The notes beneath the pieces were generated by a model that saw only the letters and a program-made list of their open reading frames with translations, was not told where the DNA came from and made no database searches. This document shows positions 39,821-46,883 of a DNA stretch of 64,000 nt, piece after piece (position 1 is the stretch's first letter; each line of letters starts with the position of its first letter). Where the stretch lies: contig JACQPY010000014.1 in assembly GCA_016207275.1 (NCBI GenBank), positions 6,035 through 70,034 of the forward strand, written 5' to 3'. The position numbers and the translations under genes are program-made. Source of the stretch: Candidatus Kerfeldbacteria bacterium. GTDB taxonomy: Bacteria; Patescibacteriota; Patescibacteriia; SBBC01.

Positions 39821-40695
39821 TGAACCTGCTCGTCAGCGCCTCGATCGTCGCGTCGTTCGTGGCTGGGGTGGCCGCACTGTTCGCACCGTGCTGCATCACG
39901 GTGCTCCTACCGTCGTACCTCGGCTCAATCTTCCGCGAACGGAAGGCCGTCTTCTTGATGACCTTCATCTTCTTCCTCGGCATCCTGACGGTCTTTTTCC
40001 CCTTGGGATTGGGGTCGGCAGCGTTCGGCCAGTTCTTGAGCCGCAACCACACGCTCATCTTCTCGATCGGCGGCGCCTTCTTACTCATCCTTGGACTCGG
40101 CCTGCTCCTCGGCAAGAGCTTCTCCCTCCCCTTCCACGTCAACCCCACCCTCAAGAACCACCACCCCTGGTCAGTCTTCACGCTCGGCATCTTCTCCGGC
40201 ATTGCCACCACCTGCTGTGCGCCGGTTTTAGCCGGCGTCTTAGCCCTGGCCGCCCTGCCCGGCTCGATCTTTTGGGGCGCCGCTTACACCGTCAGCTACG
40301 TCCTCGGCATGGTCACGCCGCTGTTCATCCTGGCGTCGGTGCTCGATCGCACCAAACTCACCCAGCGATTCATGGCCTGGCGGCGCAGGTGGACGTACTC
40401 GATTGGCAAACTGGTTGTCAACCTCAGCGTGGCCGAAGCGATGGCCGGCGTCATCTTCGTTGGCATGGGCCTGACAACGATCTGGCTGGCAATGAACAAC
40501 CGCCTGGCCGTCCACTCACGCTACCAGGTTGACGTCAACATCTTCCTGACCAAAGTGCTCCGGAGCATCAAGGGTGCCGTGACCGCCATTCCCGAAGTTG
40601 TCTGGGCAGTCGTGCTGATCCTCGCGCTCATCGGCATTATCGCCCGAACACGTTATCTTATTCGTCAAGAAAAACACTATGACCATAAACCATAA
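39820..40695 (+). CDS. DsbD_2/CcdA-like polytopic membrane protein with CC pairs in TM1 and TM4
   Basis: 'FAPCCITVLLP' and 'TTCCAPVLAGV' in TM helices; ~8 TM; family assignment tentative. Confidence 0.45.
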   Translation: MNLLVSASIVASFVAGVAALFAPCCITVLLPSYLGSIFRERKAVFLMTFIFFLGILTVFFPLGLGSAAFGQFLSRNHTLIFSIGGAFLLILGLGLLLGKSFSLPFHVNPTLKNHHPWSVFTLGIFSGIATTCCAPVLAGVLALAALPGSIFWGAAYTVSYVLGMVTPLFILASVLDRTKLTQRFMAWRRRWTYSIGKLVVNLSVAEAMAGVIFVGMGLTTIWLAMNNRLAVHSRYQVDVNIFLTKVLRSIKGAVTAIPEVVWAVVLILALIGIIARTRYLIRQEKHYDHKP

Positions 40696-41332
40696 AGGCA
40701 TCTCCGTCGGGACGTCGATTGTTCTCTCCGCGATCATTCTCGTGGTCGGCGGACTCATCTATCTGAGTGGCCGTGAACGGTCGAGCCCGAGCAGTTCGAC
40801 CGCGGCCGCTGGCGACACCGCCGACCATCACGGCCTGGCCAGCAGCGGTCCGACCTCGAACCTCCAAAACCTCATCAACCAAGCTGCGCCCGACTTCTCG
40901 CTGACCGATCACAACGGCGTGACCTATTCCCTGGCTAGTCTGAAAGGGAAAAACGTGGTCTTATTCTTCAACGAGGGTGTCATGTGTTACCCGGCCTGCT
41001 GGAATCAGGTTGCTCTCTTTGGCGCGGATGATCGGTTCAAGGGCGACGACGTCGTTGCGCTGTCGGTGGTGGTGGATAGTCAACAGGAATGGAATGAAGC
41101 AGTCCGTCAGCTTCCCGAGCTGGCCCAAGCCACGGTCGTTCATGATAACGGCGCAAAAGTATCCTCCGCCTACGGAGTGCTGACCACCAAGTCCTCAATG
41201 CACTACGGCCAGCTGCCGGGCCACACCTACGTCGTGATCGACCAGAACGGCATCATCCGCCACGTCTACGACGATCCGAACATGGCCATTCACAATGACC
41301 AGCTCGTTGAAGAGATCGCCAAACTGTCGTAA
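40679..41332 (+). CDS. membrane-anchored redoxin/TlpA-like thioredoxin-fold protein
   Basis: N-terminal TM; 'FSLTDHNGVTYSLASLKGKNVVLFFNEGVMCYPAC' AhpC/TSA-redoxin-like arrangement (non-canonical CxxxC). Confidence 0.5.
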   Translation: MTINHKGISVGTSIVLSAIILVVGGLIYLSGRERSSPSSSTAAAGDTADHHGLASSGPTSNLQNLINQAAPDFSLTDHNGVTYSLASLKGKNVVLFFNEGVMCYPACWNQVALFGADDRFKGDDVVALSVVVDSQQEWNEAVRQLPELAQATVVHDNGAKVSSAYGVLTTKSSMHYGQLPGHTYVVIDQNGIIRHVYDDPNMAIHNDQLVEEIAKLS

Positions 41333-41373
41333 ACTTCAGACTAGAGCTTGTAATCTAAAAGGAGGTGATTGAG

Positions 41374-41505
41374 ATGATGGACTACAATATGATGGGTGGT
41401 AGCAACGTCGGCGGCATGATGTTCTTCGCCTGGATTACCTACATCATCGTCAACGTTGCTCTCGTCTACGCAATTCTGTGCATGGCGAAGTATTTGAAAA
41501 AGTAA
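41374..41505 (+). CDS. small hydrophobic peptide (43 aa)
   Basis: ATG 5 nt after AAGGAGGTGA; 'MMDYNMMGGSNVGGMMFFAWITYIIVNVALVYAILCMAKYLKK'; C-terminal 8 aa repeated at 41870-41893. Confidence 0.5.
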   Translation: MMDYNMMGGSNVGGMMFFAWITYIIVNVALVYAILCMAKYLKK

Positions 41506-41540
41506 CATTTCGTAAATTTGCTTTCCTGCTCGTCTTCCCA

Positions 41541-41768
41541 TCACGACCCCCTGGCAGGGTTGAGACAGATATATTCTCGAGTATTCTCAAGGTCACGTTC
41601 GGTGCGGAGAACGTGTTCATGGAACGATCGTTGCCAAAGCGACGCGCCGGGTGTTCTTTGCATACGATTCACCGCAGCGGCTGAAAACGTTTTGAAACCC
41701 CGGATGATTTCTGTAAGTGGGTGCTGGACGGTGCCACGCCCCCTCCGTAGCTGCGGGTGTATAACCAT
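41541..41768 (-). pseudogene. C-terminal fragment of IS200/IS605-type (RAYT-like, Y1) transposase
   Basis: 'EIIRGFKTFSAAAVNRMQRTPGASLWQRSFHEHVLRTERDLENTREYICLNPAR' matches the conserved C-terminal half (…LKG.ss..i..…..WQr.f.dhviR.e.dl…r.YI..NP); HuH N-terminal half absent. Confidence 0.5.
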
Positions 41769-41827
41769 GACGTAACATGTTCTTCCTCGCTCGAAAAAAC
41801 CTTTTCGCTGAAAAAACCCGCTTAATC

Positions 41828-41893
41828 ATGTCCATCAGCGGCGTGGCCTTGATCCACTCAATTCCGGGCATGGCTAAATATCTCAAAAAGTAA
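41828..41893 (+). other. 21-codon ORF duplicating the C-terminus of the 43-aa peptide (MSISGVALIHSIPGMAKYLKK)
   Basis: shares 'GMAKYLKK*' / 'CMAKYLKK*' with 41374-41505; no SD; possibly the displaced original 3' end after transposase insertion. Confidence 0.25.
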
Positions 41894-41903
41894 ACCCCAC
41901 CGC

Positions 41904-43019
41904 GTGCCGACCCTCCTCATCGCCCTCCGCAATCTGTTCGGCGAACGCAGCCGGTTCGTCATCACCGTAACTGGCGTGACGTTCTCGGTTGTGCTAATCA
42001 TCATTCTTCAGGCTCTCTACCAGGGCTGGAGCTTTAAGACCGGCCAGTACATCCGGGCCCAGGACGCCGACCTATGGGTAGCCCAGGCCGGCTCGCGCGA
42101 CATGTTCCACAGCATTTCGTTGCTGCCGGCAAGCGCTGCCAGCGCGATTGCTTCCCTCGACGGAGTGGCCAAGGTCAGGCCGTTCGTCGGCAAACGCGTC
42201 GGCCTCCACATTGATGACAAGGACCGCGTCCTCTACCTCGTCCGCGACGACGGGAGTTCGGATCGGACTGGCCCGGTACGCCTGGAGCAAGGGGGATCAC
42301 CACCGCGACCCGGCGAAATCATAGTCGACCGTATTTTCGCCAACAACAACGGACTGGTGATCGGCGACAGCCTCGAGATCGGCAATCAACGGTTCACCAT
42401 CGCCGGACTGGCCAGCGGCGGCGATTTGGTCACGCTCTCGTTCGCTTTCATCAACGCCGAGGACGCTGACCGAATGTTCCAACTCCCCAACCTGGTCAAC
42501 TACTTCTTAGTCAAGCTCAAGCCAGCGACTGACCAACCGCCTATCGCCGGGAGCATTACCTCGCTGTTCGATAACGCCACTGTCTTTCCGAAAGACGAAT
42601 TCGTCAGCATCAACGGCGAATTCATCCGTGAATCGTTCCTGCCGATCATCTTCGTCCTGGTCCTCATCGGCGTGGCCGTCGGCATCGTTGTCATCGGGCT
42701 GACTATCTTCACTTCCACGATCGACAAATCGCGCGAGTTCGGCGTGCTGAAGGCGATTGGCGCAAGCGGAACGCACCTCAACCGTATCGTCGCTATCCAA
42801 TCGCTCGTCGCCAGCCTCTTCGGATACACAGCTGGAACGATAGTGGCAATCCTCCTCGGCTTGGTAGTCGGCAGGTACGTTCCAGAGTTCGTCGTCCTCT
42901 TCCGCCCGATTGACTTTGCCTGGATTTTTGCCGTGGCCGTGGCCATGGCCCTGCTGGCCGCCCTCATTCCGATCCGACGGATCGCCAGCATCAACCCGGC
43001 TGACGTTTTCAAAGCCTAG
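41904..43019 (+). CDS. ABC transporter permease, FtsX/MacB-like
   Basis: N-terminal TM, ~200-aa extracytoplasmic domain, C-terminal 3-TM FtsX-like region; GTG start. Confidence 0.75.
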   Translation: MPTLLIALRNLFGERSRFVITVTGVTFSVVLIIILQALYQGWSFKTGQYIRAQDADLWVAQAGSRDMFHSISLLPASAASAIASLDGVAKVRPFVGKRVGLHIDDKDRVLYLVRDDGSSDRTGPVRLEQGGSPPRPGEIIVDRIFANNNGLVIGDSLEIGNQRFTIAGLASGGDLVTLSFAFINAEDADRMFQLPNLVNYFLVKLKPATDQPPIAGSITSLFDNATVFPKDEFVSINGEFIRESFLPIIFVLVLIGVAVGIVVIGLTIFTSTIDKSREFGVLKAIGASGTHLNRIVAIQSLVASLFGYTAGTIVAILLGLVVGRYVPEFVVLFRPIDFAWIFAVAVAMALLAALIPIRRIASINPADVFKA

Positions 43020-43020
43020 C

Positions 43021-43758
43021 ATGGTCGAGCTTCAAAAGATTACCAAAATCTTCGGCCGGGGAGAAACCTCCGTTCACGCCGTCAACAACGTCAGCCTGAA
43101 CATTCAGCCGGGCGAGATCGTCGTCATTATGGGACCGTCGGGATCAGGCAAGACCACACTCGTCTCAATTGCGGGCGGGTTGATGAAACCAACTGATGGA
43201 ACTATCATCATCGACGGCACCGACATCACCGCGAAAAACGAGCGCCAGCTGCCGAAGATTCGCCTGACCACCATGGGTTTCATCTTCCAGTCGTTTAACC
43301 TGCTACAGAATCTAACGGCTATGGAAAACGCGGCCATTCCCCTGCTCCTCGCTGGCCAGTCAAAGCAGACGGCCTTTGATAAAAGCCGGGCCCTGCTTGA
43401 ACGGCTCAACCTCAGCCATCGGTCTCACGCTCGTCCGCGAGAACTGTCCGGCGGCGAGCAGCAGCGCGTAGCCATTGCCCGGGCCCTCGTGAACAACCCA
43501 AAAGTCATTTTCGCCGACGAACCGACTGCCAACCTTGACCGGGCGATCGGCCACCAGGTCATGCAGCTCCTCTGCTCGGTCGGCTGCGAGCAGGGCAAGA
43601 GCGTCATCATCGTCAGCCACGACGAACGCATTAAGGATGTTGCCCACCGGGTGATTTACATCGAGGATGGTAAGCTCATACGCGAGGAACCGGGTCAGCA
43701 CAACCGCATCTGCACCATGCGCGCTCACTCGTACCAATTGCGCGACCAACGCGCTTGA
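43021..43758 (+). CDS. ABC transporter ATP-binding protein (MacB/LolD-like)
   Basis: 'GPSGSGKTT', 'LSGGEQQRVAIARAL', 'IFADEPTANLD'; starts 2 nt after permease stop. Confidence 0.9.
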   Translation: MVELQKITKIFGRGETSVHAVNNVSLNIQPGEIVVIMGPSGSGKTTLVSIAGGLMKPTDGTIIIDGTDITAKNERQLPKIRLTTMGFIFQSFNLLQNLTAMENAAIPLLLAGQSKQTAFDKSRALLERLNLSHRSHARPRELSGGEQQRVAIARALVNNPKVIFADEPTANLDRAIGHQVMQLLCSVGCEQGKSVIIVSHDERIKDVAHRVIYIEDGKLIREEPGQHNRICTMRAHSYQLRDQRA

Positions 43759-43801
43759 CAATTAAGCTCATCACTACTAGGCTTTTTCGTAGCATTTGCC
43801 T

Positions 43802-44194
43802 ATGCCCCGTTTCCTGACCACGACCGTCCTCATCGCCTTCAGCCTTAGCCTGATGCTGAGCGTCTGGCTGTTATCTTCCTGCAGCGCCCACACGCTGGCC
43901 AGCCTGCAACCGTTTGCTCCCTACGTTAATGCTTGTTCCCTGTCAGCGGGCACTGAACACGTCCAACTCTGGAAAACGCTGCTGCTGACCTTCGTGCTCA
44001 CCACCGTCGTCCTCGGGACTATCCGCCTTACCGCCACAGTTGTTCAGGGATTCGTCACCTATGCGATTGTTCCGCTGGCTACGCAGTCCTGGCCGAACAC
44101 CGATAAAGACCGAGACTGGCGACTCAAGCGGCGTGATCCGCTCGCTGTCGCCCTTGCTTCCGGCATTCTGCAGCACGGTTCTCGCAATCACTAG
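43802..44194 (+). CDS. membrane protein, hypothetical
   Basis: 3 TM helices; followed by hairpin + T-rich tract. Confidence 0.45.
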   Translation: MPRFLTTTVLIAFSLSLMLSVWLLSSCSAHTLASLQPFAPYVNACSLSAGTEHVQLWKTLLLTFVLTTVVLGTIRLTATVVQGFVTYAIVPLATQSWPNTDKDRDWRLKRRDPLAVALASGILQHGSRNH

Positions 44195-44288
44195 TAGTTA
44201 GCCTCCGCATCCTGTAACCCCACTTCCGTGGGAGGTCTTTGGCTGTTTTCTTGAATTGCATCTAACCACTAGCCACTAACTACAAACC

Positions 44289-44756
44289 ATGAAACTTCGC
44301 CCTGCCTACACGACTACCCTCGTCCTCGCCAGCTTCGGCTTGCTCTTGTCCGGCTACCTGTCGTACTGGAACCTGTGGGGCCCGAGCTGCCATCAAGGGC
44401 CGCTCAGCTGGCTGGTCAGCTGCGGCGGGCCGCAGAAAGTCCTGATCTTCGGTTTGCCGACCTGCGTCTACGGTTTCTTCATGTACCTGGCCGTAGCCGT
44501 CACCGCCTTGATTGGATTGACCAGCAACAAACACCGCGGAACGACCGCTACCCTCATCGGCCTCGGATCGCTCGGTACGGCCTTTGCTGGCGGATTAATG
44601 ATCTACGAAATCTTTGTTTTGAAACTGACCTTCACCACGGTGCCAGCCTGCGTCTACGGCTTGGTCCTCTACCTCGGCATCCTCACTGCCGCCATCGTCG
44701 GTCGACGGTCAATCAGTCGCTCTCCAGCGTCACCGCCGTCGGATAGGCTACCTTGA
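44289..44756 (+). CDS. VKOR-like membrane protein candidate (4 TM, conserved Cys)
   Basis: loop Cys pair 'SCHQGPLSWLVSCGG' followed by 'VLIFGLPTCVYGFFMY' resembling the VKOR loop-Cys/'S.Y..fGiP' region; canonical CxxC not evident, so tentative. Confidence 0.3.
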   Translation: MKLRPAYTTTLVLASFGLLLSGYLSYWNLWGPSCHQGPLSWLVSCGGPQKVLIFGLPTCVYGFFMYLAVAVTALIGLTSNKHRGTTATLIGLGSLGTAFAGGLMIYEIFVLKLTFTTVPACVYGLVLYLGILTAAIVGRRSISRSPASPPSDRLP

Positions 44757-44906
44757 AAACCTAAGACACAAACTCTGACCAAACAACTTGACAGCACCCC
44801 CGCTGCCCACTACGGTGGGGGGTGCTGTTGTCTGGAAAGAACATGAATAGACACACTGCTTAGCTTCGTTGAGAAATCAACTACGGCAACGGAAAGGAGG
44901 TGCTCG

Positions 44907-46043
44907 ATGGGCACCGACTACGGTATGCGCATTGCCGCTCTGGCCGCCTATGCGTCGCCGCAAGTGGTGACGAACGACGAGATTGCCGAGCGCCTCCGCC
45001 AGGCGATGGTCCAACTCGATGATCGGCTGAAGCGCGAGCGTGGGGTAGGACTGAGCGAAGATGAACAGCGGAGGTTCATGACGAACGCCCGGTGGATTCA
45101 GAAGAACATCGGCTTTACCGAGCGTCGGTTCTGCCAGCCCGGCCAGGGAACGATCGACCTCGCGATCGAAGCCAGTCGGCTCCTCATCAACCAAACCGGC
45201 ATCCCGCCGTCGAGCATTGGCGCCATTCTCTTCGGCACCGTCACCTCCTCCTATCTCTATTCCCCGCCTGATGCCGCGCTCCTTCAAGCCGCGCTCGGCA
45301 TTCCGGCCTGGAACGGGCCTTTCCCGCGGGAGACGTTCGGCGCCGACGTCAGCCTCGCCTGCAGTACCTGGGGCACAGCTCTCCGGATCGCGTACAACTT
45401 CATGCATGAAGTCGAGCACGTCCTCGTCATCGGAGCGGACGCGATGAGTGCCGCGATCAGCTGGCACGATCGGGCCTTCGCCTGCGTCCTCGGTAATGCC
45501 GGCACCGCGACGCTCTGCTCGCGCGTACCGCTCGAGGAAGACTGGTTCGGGCCGGAACGCTTCTTCAGCTGGCTCGATGGCAGCCGGGCCGAAGTGATTT
45601 CGACGCCGGTCGGCGGCTCGAAGCGTCCGCTCACCAGCTACCAAGAACTCGACACCTACCAGCACCGGCTGCGCATGGATGGGGCACGGGTTCGCCAGGA
45701 CATGGTACCGTTCATCAGCGGTCCGGGGATCGACGCCGTTCTGGCGAAGACACGCCTGAACCTGGCGGACATCGACCATCTCGTCCTCCACGAAGCGAAC
45801 GGCGTGCTCAACCGCGACATTGTCAGGAACTGGGAGCAGCGCGGCTTTCGCGGAACAGCGCTCAACGCTGGCGGCCGGTTCGGCAACACGACGAGTGCCA
45901 GCATTCCGCTCGCGCTCGCGCTCAACCCCGACGCCTTGGGCATCGGAAAAACCATCGCCCTGGTGGCGTTCGGCGGCGGCTACTCGATGAACACCGCGAT
46001 CGCCACCATCAAACATCCGTTCCCCGTTTGGGCGAACGTCTGA
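44907..46043 (+). CDS. 3-oxoacyl-ACP synthase III (FabH)-like condensing enzyme
   Basis: active-site 'LACSTWGTAL' Cys, 'LHEANGVLN' His, 'GRFGNTTSASIPLALAL' Asn region in FabH order; AAAGGAGGTG SD. Confidence 0.7.
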   Translation: MGTDYGMRIAALAAYASPQVVTNDEIAERLRQAMVQLDDRLKRERGVGLSEDEQRRFMTNARWIQKNIGFTERRFCQPGQGTIDLAIEASRLLINQTGIPPSSIGAILFGTVTSSYLYSPPDAALLQAALGIPAWNGPFPRETFGADVSLACSTWGTALRIAYNFMHEVEHVLVIGADAMSAAISWHDRAFACVLGNAGTATLCSRVPLEEDWFGPERFFSWLDGSRAEVISTPVGGSKRPLTSYQELDTYQHRLRMDGARVRQDMVPFISGPGIDAVLAKTRLNLADIDHLVLHEANGVLNRDIVRNWEQRGFRGTALNAGGRFGNTTSASIPLALALNPDALGIGKTIALVAFGGGYSMNTAIATIKHPFPVWANV

Positions 46044-46101
46044 AAAAACGCTCGTTCCCCCGACCAGACTCGAGAACTGGTCGGGATTTCTTTTTGCTCG
46101 A

Positions 46102-46854
46102 TCAGCGGGTAAACCTATTCCCCCACCAGAACGTGAGGATGTACACCGCCGGGAGTGCGAACAGTGTGACGGACCACACGAACTTTGTCACCTTTTCACC
46201 GAACATCGAAGCGATGCGCACGAAAAGCATGAATGCGAGGAACCAGCCGACGAGCAAGCCTGCACCAGGCCATTCAGGATGGACAAGCTCTTTCTCTCCT
46301 CCCTTCTGGTACCAAGAGATCCACGCCGGGAGCTTCAGCGCACCGACGTGGAGCACAACGAGGAGAAACCCAATGCGCATCCCCCAGTTCTGCAGTACTC
46401 GCCAACGGTTCACTCCAAGGCGTTCCCTCAGGAATCGATACGAAATCACGAGCAGGATCGCAAAAACGACGAGTGCTACAACCCCGAAGAGCACTGACCA
46501 AAGATTCTCGACAAACCAGGTTCTTGAAAAATGAGACTCAAGGAAAAAAGACGACACCACGCTATGCACGAGCGCGAGGAAAAACGCAACAATGCCGAGT
46601 TCTTTACGGAGATCGATGCTCTGTTGAAGACCGGGGAAGGAACGCCGAAGTGGTCCGAGGATAAGGACAAGTCCAAAGAGGATTGCAGCAACACCTGCAA
46701 AGATTTTGTTCGCGATGAACAGGTCGTAGTACCCACGCCGGAAGAACAGGTACAGCGAGAGCAGTGCGAATGGCAAGACCGCGATGACCACAGCTGTACG
46801 GTACCGACGAAATGCATCTGCAACCGTGGGTGGTTCGTGCCTTCTCCCGTTCAT
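46102..46854 (-). CDS. polytopic membrane protein, hypothetical (conserved His in TM helices)
   Basis: 6 TM helices with His residues ('LALVHSVVSSFF', 'LLVVLHVGAL'); ferric-reductase/MsrQ-like topology possible. Confidence 0.4.
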   Translation of the reverse strand: MNGRRHEPPTVADAFRRYRTAVVIAVLPFALLSLYLFFRRGYYDLFIANKIFAGVAAILFGLVLILGPLRRSFPGLQQSIDLRKELGIVAFFLALVHSVVSSFFLESHFSRTWFVENLWSVLFGVVALVVFAILLVISYRFLRERLGVNRWRVLQNWGMRIGFLLVVLHVGALKLPAWISWYQKGGEKELVHPEWPGAGLLVGWFLAFMLFVRIASMFGEKVTKFVWSVTLFALPAVYILTFWWGNRFTR

Positions 46855-46883
46855 GGAGGATACGAGATTTCCCGGTGGAGTGC

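Noticed and set aside
44877-46016. 379-aa minus-strand ORF fully antisense to the FabH-like gene
   Set aside because: Arg/Gly/Ala/Glu-rich low-complexity product typical of antisense frames in GC-rich DNA. The sense-strand gene has clear catalytic motifs and an SD.
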